A DNA stretch of 64,000 nucleotides, taken from NCBI GenBank assembly GCA_977020255.1, contig CDROCS010000253.1, positions 1,612,001 through 1,676,000 on the forward strand, read 5' to 3'. A program made the position numbers and the translations under genes. Source of the DNA: Obrimoposthia wandeli. Taxonomy: Eukaryota. Shown piece after piece: positions 19,600 to 29,059 of this stretch (positions are counted from its first letter, which is position 1; every line of letters starts with the position of its first letter). Under the pieces are notes generated by a model, which did not search any database, was not told the origin of the DNA, and saw nothing but the letters and a program-made list of their open reading frames with translations.

Positions 19600-20786
19600 T
19601 TACTTCGAATTTTAATTTTCATCTAATTCAGTTAAAAGCACTTATTTTAAAAGAATATAAAGAAGCTTTTCGTGATAAACGCGCGTTAATGGTAGCGTTA
19701 ATGATGGCCTTTATGGCACCTATCATGATCATGGTAATGTCAAAAATATTGATTGAAAAACTAGTCGATGAACCGCCTGTTTACATCAAGTTTACCGGCG
19801 CTGAATTTGCCCCAAAATTAATAACACATTTTGCAGATAACAACTTATTCAATTTTTCGGATGTACCTGATGATGATAAAGCAGCCTGGGAACAGCGTAA
19901 TATCACTATTGAAATTCCAGAAAATTATGGAGTAGATATGGCAGAAGGAAAGCCGATTAAGTTGCATTTACAAGCTGACTTTACCGACAAAGCGGTTAAG
20001 CCACCGATAAGACGGATAAATAATGCCATAAGAGGCTTTTCTTTATCCATTGGTTATAAACGATTACTACTGCGTGGCGTCGATATTCGTTTATTAAATC
20101 CGGTTAAATTAGTAGAGCAAGACACCGCTGAACCTGATGCTACTTTTATCATGATTTCAATGATGTTGGGGATTTATTTAATGTTGGCAGCATTCATGTC
20201 TGGCTTATCCGTGGCTATTGATTCAAGCGCTGGTGAGCGTGAGCGTAATGTACTTGAGATGTTGCTTTGCCAACCGGTGAGTACCTTGAAAATAGTGTTA
20301 GCTAAATTGATAGGTGCTTCAACCATTGCCGTCATTGGTGTGATATTAGTGCTGGTACTTACTTCTCTTTCCGTAGGTTTTGTTGATTTAACTAAAATTG
20401 GTGCCACCTTTAGCTTAGATATATCGACCGCCGCGGTATTGTTGTTGCTACTATTACCTATTTGTTTCTTTGCTTCAGCCTGCCAGTTATTTGTAGCATT
20501 TCAAACAAAGAGCTTTAAAGAAGCGCAATCAACGGTAGGTATGCTGATTGGTATTCCTGCTTTCATTCCTTTTGTTGTTTCGATGATGGATGATCGCCCT
20601 GAGTGGCTAAATTGGCTGCCAATAGCAGGTCAATCGATGATAATTGAAAATATCTTTAAAGGTGTTGACGTTGATTGGTTAGCGGTATTCGCGACGAGTG
20701 CAGTAACTATTGCCATCACAGTTGTGTTAGTCCTAGCGTTAGCTAAAAAACTGAAATCAGAAAAAGTGGTTATGGCTTTAAGTTAA
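19596..20786 (+). CDS. ABC-2 exporter permease (NatB-like)
   Basis: KE..RDKRAL, AGERERNVLEMLLCQP, KSFKEAQS; GTGA overlap with the ATPase gene. Confidence 0.88.
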   Translation: MITSNFNFHLIQLKALILKEYKEAFRDKRALMVALMMAFMAPIMIMVMSKILIEKLVDEPPVYIKFTGAEFAPKLITHFADNNLFNFSDVPDDDKAAWEQRNITIEIPENYGVDMAEGKPIKLHLQADFTDKAVKPPIRRINNAIRGFSLSIGYKRLLLRGVDIRLLNPVKLVEQDTAEPDATFIMISMMLGIYLMLAAFMSGLSVAIDSSAGERERNVLEMLLCQPVSTLKIVLAKLIGASTIAVIGVILVLVLTSLSVGFVDLTKIGATFSLDISTAAVLLLLLLPICFFASACQLFVAFQTKSFKEAQSTVGMLIGIPAFIPFVVSMMDDRPEWLNWLPIAGQSMIIENIFKGVDVDWLAVFATSAVTIAITVVLVLALAKKLKSEKVVMALS

Positions 20787-20811
20787 GCTTGTACTGTTAA
20801 TGATGATGTAA

Positions 20812-21441
20812 GTGATTATAAATGATGATGCCACAGCAAATATTATGTTAAATTCGAGTGAATTAATCATATCAAAAGCAGAGCTCTCTTATGCCATTGT
20901 GCAGGGAGTTCATTGCCAGGAAAGCTCATTGGATCATCAAGTCGTATTCACTCAATGGATGACGGAGCATGAAAAGCTGCTGCGTCATATCATTACTGGC
21001 TTTGAAGCAAAAGTAGCTATTCAAGATGAACTCTTTCAAGAAATCGCGTTAAACATTTGGCGAGCCTTGCCTAAGTTTCGCCAAGACTCGGCGGTAAAAA
21101 CCTTTGTTGCGCGTATTGCTCACAATGTATTAGCGACACATGTTGCTAAAGCAGTTAAAACCATTAAAGCTGACCAAGACTTAAGTACCATTAGTATGGA
21201 GGCTGAAAAAGATGAATATCAACCCACGCCATATCAATCACTTAACCAGAGTCAGCGGCAACAAAAGCTAGCCGAAGCTATTCGTCAGTTAACACTTGAG
21301 CAACAACAAGTGATAACACTTGCATTAGAAGGCATGAGTTATCAAGAGATTGCAGAGGTTTTAGCCATTACAACAAATCTTGTAGGTGTACGATTACAGC
21401 GAGCTAAGCAAGCATTGGCTCAACTATTGGAGGCCGTATGA
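20812..21441 (+). CDS. ECF sigma-70 factor; true start probably downstream
   Basis: DELFQEIALNIWRAL, FVARIAHN, GMSYQEIAEVL...VGVRLQRAK. Confidence 0.9.
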   Translation: MIINDDATANIMLNSSELIISKAELSYAIVQGVHCQESSLDHQVVFTQWMTEHEKLLRHIITGFEAKVAIQDELFQEIALNIWRALPKFRQDSAVKTFVARIAHNVLATHVAKAVKTIKADQDLSTISMEAEKDEYQPTPYQSLNQSQRQQKLAEAIRQLTLEQQQVITLALEGMSYQEIAEVLAITTNLVGVRLQRAKQALAQLLEAV

Positions 21442-22034
21442 GTAACGAGAAATTGCCTGAAGCTAAGTCAGAAGATACAAATCGACTTGATGAGCAATGG
21501 TTAGCATTGAGTCAAGATTGGCAAAGTCAGCCTTATGAAAAAACAGATGTCCAAGCGCTATTAAAGCAAACTAAAAGGCGAACATTACAAGCTAAGTCAT
21601 TATTAGCTTTGGATATAATAGCTTCACTCGGCCTTATTATTGCGTTATTGATTGGTCTATATCAAGGCTATTGGGGCACTGCGACTATTGCTTATCTTGC
21701 CTTTGGAGCTATAGTCTCAGTCGTCTTTGTTTATTATGAAATGAAAATACGTTTACATCTGTGGCAACACAATTGTGATAGTCCTGATAAAGCGGTGGCT
21801 AATGCGATTACAGGAGTAGAGTCTTCAATTAAATATATCAAATTAATTAAACTATCATGTTGGTTATTTCTACCAGCAGCTAACTGGTACGTTTATGCCA
21901 TGATTGAAGGATCAGGAAAGTCATCTTGGCCGCCTTTCTTTGTTACCAATGTTTTTATTATAAGCCTATGGTTGATCTCCCACTGGTTTCATAAAAAGCG
22001 TACTAAAGAATTATCTCAGCTTAGTTTACGCTAA
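21438..22034 (+). CDS. Membrane protein, putative anti-sigma factor
   Basis: ATGA overlap with the ECF sigma gene; short soluble N-terminus then about four TM segments. Confidence 0.6.
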   Translation: MSNEKLPEAKSEDTNRLDEQWLALSQDWQSQPYEKTDVQALLKQTKRRTLQAKSLLALDIIASLGLIIALLIGLYQGYWGTATIAYLAFGAIVSVVFVYYEMKIRLHLWQHNCDSPDKAVANAITGVESSIKYIKLIKLSCWLFLPAANWYVYAMIEGSGKSSWPPFFVTNVFIISLWLISHWFHKKRTKELSQLSLR

Positions 22035-22626
22035 CAGTATTTTGTTTAGTAACGCATATAGCCATTACCAATCAATGTGAATATTTAAAAGCGTTAGAAC
22101 TCTATCTATTTAAGGTTAGCTATTGGGGTTGAAAGTAATAATGTTATTGGAAATTTAGACCACTTAAATAGCTCATTCAGTTAATTTTAGTAGTATAGGT
22201 CTTGTCGATAAATGAAATCATCATTAATTATAGTGAGGATGCGATTTCAGTATTGTAATAAAACAACGGACCCAATGAATAATTTGAACTTTACACGGTA
22301 TTGCTGTTTATTGTTCGGATAATAGTTTGATTTTCTGTTTTATATTCGTTGTAAGTTGCTTTTTTATTGGTTATAGTCTGTTTGCTTGCTTTAGTGAAAA
22401 CTTTTATTGCGCTGTTAAGTTTGATGGCTTAACAATTTACGCTATAGAACAGTGCTAAATGCACTAAGGCTAGCCCGTTTTGCCGTGTACATACAGGCAA
22501 AAATCAGGCAAAATACTGCCATTAATTTTGTGTGTCTAAGTTAATCGTACTAAGTAGTTAAGTTTACTCAGTAGATAACTAAGGCACAGTTTGCAGCCTT
22601 GGGCTGAAATACTTAAGGAATAAACT

Positions 22627-23886
22627 ATGTTTACTCGTGATATGAATATTGCTACTTTTGATCCAGAACTTTATGAAGCAATGAGCAATGAAGTTGTTCG
22701 TCAAGAAGAGCACATTGAATTAATTGCTTCTGAAAATTACTGTAGCCCGCGCGTTCTTGAAGCACAAGGCTCACAACTGACTAACAAATACGCTGAAGGT
22801 TACCCTGGCAAGCGTTACTACGGTGGTTGTGAATATGTTGATATCGCTGAGCAATTAGCTATTGACCGTGCTAAAGAATTATTTGGTGCTACTTACGCGA
22901 ATGTTCAGCCACATGCTGGTTCACAAGCTAACGCAGCCGTTTTTCAAGCTTTAGTTACACCAGGTGGTAAAGTATTAGGCATGAGCTTAGCTCATGGCGG
23001 TCACTTAACTCATGGTTCACATGTAAGCTTCTCTGGTAAGTCTTACGAAGCGTTCCAATATGGTCTTCACCCTGAAACAGGCGATATTGACTATGAAGAA
23101 TTAGAACGTTTAGCTGTAGAGCACAAACCAGAAATGATTATCGGTGGTTTCTCAGCATTCTCAGGTGTTGTTGACTGGGCACGTATGCGTACCATTGCTG
23201 ACAAAGTTGGCGCTTACTTCTTCGTAGATATGGCTCACGTTGCCGGTTTAATTGCTGCAGGTCTTTATCCTAACCCAGTTCCACATGCGCATGTTGTTAC
23301 TACCACTACGCATAAAACATTAGCTGGCCCACGTGGCGGTTTAATTATCTCTGGTTGTGATGACGAAGCTATTTACAAAAAGTTAAACAGCGCTGTTTTC
23401 CCTGGTGGTCAAGGTGGCCCATTAATGCACATTATTGCAGCGAAAGCCGTTGCATTTAAAGAAGCATTAGCGCCAGAATTTAAAGTTTACCAACAAAATG
23501 TTTTAGCTAACGCTTTAGCAATGGTAGATGTATTACAAGAACGCGGCTATAAAGTAGTATCTAACGGTACTCAAAACCACTTATTGTTACTTGATTTAAT
23601 TGATAAAGATATTACTGGTAAAGATGCTGATGCCGCCTTAGGTAAAGCACACATCACAGTGAACAAAAACTCAGTGCCAAACGATCCTCGTTCTCCGTTT
23701 GTTACATCAGGTCTACGTTTAGGTACTCCAGCGATTACGCGTCGTGGTTTTGGTATCGAAGAAACTAAGGCATTAACTGGTTGGATTTGTGACATTCTTG
23801 ATGATATTGAAAATGAAGACGTTAGCAAACGTGTTCAAGGTCAAGTTAAAGAGTTATGTGCTCGTTTCCCTGTTTACCAAAAGTAA
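22627..23886 (+). CDS. glyA: Serine hydroxymethyltransferase
   Basis: [38 protein letters not shown]. Confidence 0.99.
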   Translation: MFTRDMNIATFDPELYEAMSNEVVRQEEHIELIASENYCSPRVLEAQGSQLTNKYAEGYPGKRYYGGCEYVDIAEQLAIDRAKELFGATYANVQPHAGSQANAAVFQALVTPGGKVLGMSLAHGGHLTHGSHVSFSGKSYEAFQYGLHPETGDIDYEELERLAVEHKPEMIIGGFSAFSGVVDWARMRTIADKVGAYFFVDMAHVAGLIAAGLYPNPVPHAHVVTTTTHKTLAGPRGGLIISGCDDEAIYKKLNSAVFPGGQGGPLMHIIAAKAVAFKEALAPEFKVYQQNVLANALAMVDVLQERGYKVVSNGTQNHLLLLDLIDKDITGKDADAALGKAHITVNKNSVPNDPRSPFVTSGLRLGTPAITRRGFGIEETKALTGWICDILDDIENEDVSKRVQGQVKELCARFPVYQK

Positions 23887-23933
23887 AACAGTTGAATGAA
23901 AAACTAATTCACTAATATAAGTGAATTTATATT

Positions 23934-23964
23934 AAAATGGTCGCCTTGAGCGGCCATTTTTTTT
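23934..23964 (+). terminator. Rho-independent terminator after glyA
   Basis: AAAATGGTCGC-CTTGA-GCGGCCATTTTTTTT. Confidence 0.85.
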
Positions 23965-23999
23965 GTCCGTAAACTTAGTTTTATTACCGTAGGTAAACC

Positions 24000-24497
24000 A
24001 TGTATTGTCCATTTTGTTCAGCGAATGACACTAAAGTCATCGATTCACGTTTAGTTTCTGATGGCCATCAAGTACGACGACGTCGTGAATGTTTAGCTTG
24101 TCACGAACGATATACTACGTTTGAAAGTGCTGAATTGGTTATGCCAAGAATCATAAAGCGTGATGGCAGCAGAGAACCGTTTAATGAAGATAAAATGCTG
24201 AGTGGTTTAACCCGAGCATTAGAAAAACGTCCTGTTAGCATGGAACAAATAGAGCTGGCCGTAAATAAATTAAAATCTCAAATGCGCGCTACTGGCGAGC
24301 GAGAAATTAGCAGTGAAATGTTAGGTGACTTAATTATGGCGCAACTTAAAGAATTAGATAAAGTTGCTTATTTACGTTTTGCCTCTGTTTATTTGTCCTT
24401 TGAAGATATCAGTGAATTTGCCGATGAGATAACACGCTTAGGTAAAGAAAAAAACGGTAAAGCAAAAAAAGCTAAACCAGTAAAAATGGCTAAATAA
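24000..24497 (+). CDS. nrdR: Transcriptional repressor NrdR
   Basis: MYCPFC...TKVIDSR...[12 protein letters not shown]-cone, [12 protein letters not shown]. Confidence 0.98.
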   Translation: MYCPFCSANDTKVIDSRLVSDGHQVRRRRECLACHERYTTFESAELVMPRIIKRDGSREPFNEDKMLSGLTRALEKRPVSMEQIELAVNKLKSQMRATGEREISSEMLGDLIMAQLKELDKVAYLRFASVYLSFEDISEFADEITRLGKEKNGKAKKAKPVKMAK

Positions 24498-24498
24498 T

Positions 24499-25752
24499 AT
24501 GAACACTAGTTCGCCTACCAACAAGAAGACTTTTATTGGGCAAGACTTTACTGACCAAGACCACCACTTTATGTCTAGGGCTATAGCGTTAGCTAAAAAA
24601 GGGCATTTTACTACTTCTCCTAACCCGAGAGTCGGTTGTGTGTTAGTGAGCTATAAAGAAGGACTCGGTAAAATTATTGGTGAAGGTTACCATCAAAAGG
24701 CAGGGCAGGGTCATGCAGAAGTCAATGCGTTAGCAGAGGCGAAAATAAATAATCTCGCTTTAATCAAAGGGGCTACAGCCTATGTTACTCTTGAGCCTTG
24801 CAGCCATTTTGGCCGTACGCCGCCATGTGCTAAAGCATTAATTGATGCCGGTGTAAGTCATGTTATTGCCGCTATGGTTGATCCCAACCCACAAGTTTCT
24901 GGTAATGGTTTATCTTTATTAGAAAAAGCGGGCATCACGGTGAAATCTGGTTTGCTAGAACAAAGCGCAAGGCAACTTAATGTCGGTTTTATTCATCAGA
25001 TGGTCAATAACCTTCCTTATGTACGCTGTAAATTAGCCGCAAGTCTTGATGGAAAAACAGCCATGGCCAGTGGCGAAAGTAAATGGATTACCGCAAGCGA
25101 AGCGCGACAAGATGTTCAACGCTTACGCGCCCAGAGTTGTGCGATTATCACTGGTGCAGATTCAGTTCTTTTCGATAATGCTAAAATGACGGTACGTTGG
25201 TCTGAGCTAGGTGAGTTGAAAAATAACTACCCAAAAGAAGCTCTTCGCCAGCCATTACGCATTGTAATAGATAGTCAAAATAGGTTGACGCCAAACCTCG
25301 CATTATTCGAACATCAGTCACCCATTTTAATTATTAATGGCATAGATCCTGGTTACGCTGAAAATAAAATTGAATCGCATCTTGAAAACTTACCAATATG
25401 GCCTCATTTCGTAGAACATGTACAATTACCTTTGGTGAGTATTACTCAAAGTAATAAGTCTCAGGGTAAATTGAAAATAAATTTAAAAGCTTTGTTAGAA
25501 TACCTAGCAAAGCGAGGGCTCAATGATATTTTAATTGAGTCAGGCGCACAATTAAGTGGTGCCTTTATTGAGCAAGATTTAGTGAATGAACTTATTCTTT
25601 ATCAAGCGCCTAAATTAATGGGTGGCGATGGTAAAAATTTAGTGGAGATGCCGTCAATATTAAGGCTAAATCAAGCCAAGGCATTAACTATTAGTGATAT
25701 TCGTATGGTCGGTGGAGATATTCGCATCACTAGTCAATTAATACCTAATTAA
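24499..25752 (+). CDS. ribD: Bifunctional deaminase/reductase RibD
   Basis: PNPRVGC, HAEVNAL, LEPCSH...PPC, KLAASLDGKTA. Confidence 0.97.
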   Translation: MNTSSPTNKKTFIGQDFTDQDHHFMSRAIALAKKGHFTTSPNPRVGCVLVSYKEGLGKIIGEGYHQKAGQGHAEVNALAEAKINNLALIKGATAYVTLEPCSHFGRTPPCAKALIDAGVSHVIAAMVDPNPQVSGNGLSLLEKAGITVKSGLLEQSARQLNVGFIHQMVNNLPYVRCKLAASLDGKTAMASGESKWITASEARQDVQRLRAQSCAIITGADSVLFDNAKMTVRWSELGELKNNYPKEALRQPLRIVIDSQNRLTPNLALFEHQSPILIINGIDPGYAENKIESHLENLPIWPHFVEHVQLPLVSITQSNKSQGKLKINLKALLEYLAKRGLNDILIESGAQLSGAFIEQDLVNELILYQAPKLMGGDGKNLVEMPSILRLNQAKALTISDIRMVGGDIRITSQLIPN

Positions 25753-25810
25753 TAGAAAACTAGTAACCATATTAAGACCAAACACACAAAAAAATTAAAT
25801 AGAGAACGCT

Positions 25811-26509
25811 ATGTTTACAGGAATTATCGAAGCAGTTGGTACTATTAAGGCCATCAATGTTAATGCCCAAGGTGCTCGTTTAGTTATTGCTACCAATAGC
25901 TTGGACATGAGTGATGTTAAACTGGGTGACTCTATCGCAACTAACGGTATTTGCCTTACTGTAGTTGATTTTGATAACGGTAAAAGTAATGGCAGTTATA
26001 GTGCAGATGTTTCTAATGAAACGTTACAGCGTACTGGTTTTGCAAGCTATCAGGTTGGTAGTAAAGTGAACCTAGAAAAAGCTATGTTGGCAAGCACACG
26101 TTTTGGTGGTCATATGGTTTCAGGCCATGTAGATGGTGTCAGTGAAATATTAGCTATCAATAACAATGGTAATAGTATTGAATACTGGTTAAGTATGCCA
26201 AGTGATTTAGCGCACTATATTGCCGAAAAAGGCTCTGTAACTATCGATGGTACGAGTTTAACGGTAAATGCGCTTGCTGAAGATGGCTCAAAAGGTCATT
26301 CACAAGGTAGTTTTCGATTAACGATAGTGCCACACACAGTAAAAGAAACCATCTTTGCTCAGTATCAAGTAGGTAGTAAGGTGAACATTGAAGTGGATTT
26401 AATTGCTCGTTACTTAGAGCGATTATTGACTAAAAGTGATGGAAATGTGCAAGCTCCTAGCTCAAATATTAGCGAATCAATGTTATTAAAAGCAGGTTTT
26501 ATTAAGTAG
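25811..26509 (+). CDS. ribE: Riboflavin synthase (alpha chain; E. coli ribC)
   Basis: MFTGIIE, GDSIATNGICLTV, GGHMVSGHVD, KGSVTIDGTSLTVN. Confidence 0.97.
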   Translation: MFTGIIEAVGTIKAINVNAQGARLVIATNSLDMSDVKLGDSIATNGICLTVVDFDNGKSNGSYSADVSNETLQRTGFASYQVGSKVNLEKAMLASTRFGGHMVSGHVDGVSEILAINNNGNSIEYWLSMPSDLAHYIAEKGSVTIDGTSLTVNALAEDGSKGHSQGSFRLTIVPHTVKETIFAQYQVGSKVNIEVDLIARYLERLLTKSDGNVQAPSSNISESMLLKAGFIK

Positions 26510-26600
26510 TTTGCTTTCGAACAAAAATAAATAAAAAACATATCAAATTAGAACAGTTAAAATAGGCTAACAACATAGCTAGCCATTTAAAGAGGCCGAA

Positions 26601-27710
26601 ATGAATTTAAATACCCCACAAGAAATCATCGCAGACATCGCATTAGGTAAGATGGTTATTTTAATGGATGATGAAGATAGAGAAAATGAAGGTGACTTCA
26701 TTATGGCCGCTGAAAAAGTGACTCCTGCTGCCATTAACTTTATGGCAACCCATGGTCGCGGTTTAATTTGTATGCCAATGAGCCGTGAAAAGTGTGAAAC
26801 ATTGAAGCTGCCCTTAATGGTAGATAAAAATGAGGCACAGTTTAGTACCAACTTTACTGTCTCAATTGAAGCTGCTACGGGTGTAACTACAGGTATATCT
26901 GCTGCTGATCGTGCCACAACTGTACTTGCTGCGGCAAATAAAGAAGCGACACATCTTAGTATCGTGCAACCCGGCCATATCTTTCCATTAATAGCTAAAG
27001 ATGGCGGTGTGTTAAATCGCGCAGGTCATACTGAAGCGAGTGTTGATTTAGCACGTATGGCGGGTTTTGAATCAGCCGCCGTTATTGTTGAAATTTTAAA
27101 TGAAGATGGCACCATGGCACGCCGTTCTGATTTAGAAATCATTGCAGAAAAACACGATATAAAAATGGGTACTATTGCCGATTTAATTGAATTTAGAAAT
27201 GCTACTGAAACAACAATCGAGCGAGTTTCTCAGTGTAAGCTTCCAACCGCTTTTGGTGAATTTGATTTAACCGTGTTTAAAGATACCATTGATGGTCAAG
27301 CACACTTTGCCTTAACAAAAGGTGAAATTAAAGCTGGTCAGCCTACTTTAGTACGTGTGCACTTAGAAAATACCTTTAGAGATTTATTATTCAGTCAGCG
27401 TGAAAGTATTTCGACTTGGCCAATGGCTAATGCGTTAGAAAAAATAGCCAAAGAAGGTGGTGTACTGGTATTACTCGGTAAACATGAGTCACCGAATGAA
27501 TTAATTAATTTGGTCGAAAAATATGCCAAGATTGACGCGGGTGAAACCGTAAAAGAAACTAATCGCCATATTGGCTCTCGCAATGTTGGGGTAGGCTCGC
27601 AAATACTGGCAAACTTAGGCGTAAGTAAAATGCGTTTATTAAGTTCGCAAACTAAATATCATTCGTTGTCAGGTTTTGGCTTAGAAGTGGTTGAGTACAT
27701 TGCAGACTAG
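26601..27710 (+). CDS. ribB: DHBP synthase fused to a degenerate GTP cyclohydrolase II-like domain (RibBX type)
   Basis: [25 protein letters not shown]; the C-terminal domain lacks the zinc-binding cysteines of RibA. Confidence 0.92.
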   Translation: MNLNTPQEIIADIALGKMVILMDDEDRENEGDFIMAAEKVTPAAINFMATHGRGLICMPMSREKCETLKLPLMVDKNEAQFSTNFTVSIEAATGVTTGISAADRATTVLAAANKEATHLSIVQPGHIFPLIAKDGGVLNRAGHTEASVDLARMAGFESAAVIVEILNEDGTMARRSDLEIIAEKHDIKMGTIADLIEFRNATETTIERVSQCKLPTAFGEFDLTVFKDTIDGQAHFALTKGEIKAGQPTLVRVHLENTFRDLLFSQRESISTWPMANALEKIAKEGGVLVLLGKHESPNELINLVEKYAKIDAGETVKETNRHIGSRNVGVGSQILANLGVSKMRLLSSQTKYHSLSGFGLEVVEYIAD

Positions 27711-27750
27711 TGCTTTACTAATTAGCTCATAGCTTGCTAAATACGCTTCT

Positions 27751-27789
27751 AAATGGCGGTATATGTTGTAAACATATACCGCCATTTTT
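27751..27789. terminator. Bidirectional terminator between convergent genes
   Basis: AAATGGCGGTATATGTT-GTA-AACATATACCGCCATTT: perfect 17-bp stem. Confidence 0.85.
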
Positions 27790-27797
27790 GTTTTATT

Positions 27798-28931
27798 TTA
27801 AAACGTATAGTGCCCTGATAGCCCTAAAGAAAACTGCATTGCTTTCTCTATATCAATATCATCAATAGCAAGCGTAACAGCGCACCATGAGTTACTGTAT
27901 TGAATCTCAGGAGAAAAATGCTCTAAATCTAACATGACCCTGAGTGCGCTACTTTCAAACCCCAGTTCTACACCCGCATAATAAAAGTTAACGTCTCCTT
28001 GACGTTTATAACGCGCAAGATAACCTATCGCATAGTTTTCATTACTCAAGCTTTCTGTTTGGTAATGAGCCACTGCGTTCACTTGCTCTGGTAAGTCAAA
28101 TTGATACTCTTTAGAGCCTGCGACTCCTCTATATAGAGGTAAATAGGCTTTACCACCAAGACTATTGATAAAAGTACCTTCGGTATCTACGTTCCCTTGA
28201 CTATAGCCTAAGCTTTTCAGCTTAAAGTTTGAATATAAATCCTTAATATTAATATCTACTAGTAATTGCTCAGTGATTTTCCAAATCATTGCAATATCGA
28301 CAGTCACGCCATAACCATCGGTTTCCCAGTTTTTATTATTTGATTGCTTTAAAAAATTCTTATCGCTGTAATGCTCGGTAAGCTCAGCTGCACCAGTAAT
28401 ATTGTTATTTTCATCGCCAAATATTTTACCAGTAATTTGAGAATCTCTAGTGGCGCTAACATCCCAGTAGCCGATATTAACCTCAGTAGAAAAATTATCT
28501 AACTGCCATTGATAACCGATTCTAAAACCATTGCTGCGTTGGTGATGCAGCTTTAACGCAAGTTGATAACTATCTTGTGTAGTTAGTGGTTGATCAGTTC
28601 GTTCTAAATAAAAAGCTTGTGTGGTATCAGGGTTAGTAAATACAAAGTAATCAATACGATGTGCAATATTAAATGTGAAATTTCCGAAATAAGCCTTTAA
28701 ACCCAGCTCATTTTGAGTAAAACCAATACTTGAATCTGTTGCTGGAGCTTGGTGCCACTCGTCTTCAATAAGCTGTTTTATCGGTAAAATATTACTGAAT
28801 GACTCGCTCAGTATATAGGTAGAAACACTATTGTTTAGTTGTTCATTGGTATTGTTGGCATAACTTTTATTTGGATAAATAATGGCAAATAGAAAAGTTA
28901 AAGTAACAGTACATAGTAAGTTGGTATTCAC
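27798..28931 (-). CDS. Putative outer-membrane beta-barrel protein of unknown family
   Basis: GTG start, signal peptide ending SYA, alternating beta-strand pattern, C-terminal GHYTF. Confidence 0.65.
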   Translation of the reverse strand: MNTNLLCTVTLTFLFAIIYPNKSYANNTNEQLNNSVSTYILSESFSNILPIKQLIEDEWHQAPATDSSIGFTQNELGLKAYFGNFTFNIAHRIDYFVFTNPDTTQAFYLERTDQPLTTQDSYQLALKLHHQRSNGFRIGYQWQLDNFSTEVNIGYWDVSATRDSQITGKIFGDENNNITGAAELTEHYSDKNFLKQSNNKNWETDGYGVTVDIAMIWKITEQLLVDINIKDLYSNFKLKSLGYSQGNVDTEGTFINSLGGKAYLPLYRGVAGSKEYQFDLPEQVNAVAHYQTESLSNENYAIGYLARYKRQGDVNFYYAGVELGFESSALRVMLDLEHFSPEIQYSNSWCAVTLAIDDIDIEKAMQFSLGLSGHYTF

Positions 28932-28972
28932 TGATACTCCTTATCGGAAGAAAATAATCATTAGTAGGCAAT

Positions 28973-29004
28973 AAAAAATGCCAGACATCACTGACTGGCA
29001 TTTT
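28973..29004 (-). terminator. Terminator downstream of the large lipoprotein gene
   Basis: Minus strand AAAATGCCAG-N10-CTGGCATTTTTT. Confidence 0.75.
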
Positions 29005-29059
29005 AATCTAACCTAGATGACGGTTGTTTAGTAGTTAATAGTTAACCGCGAAGCAAAAG

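Noticed and set aside
22035-22626. Riboswitch or sRNA in the 590-bp region upstream of glyA
   Set aside because: GCCTTGGGC resembles the ZTP 3' hairpin but the 5' consensus is absent; no glycine-riboswitch motifs seen
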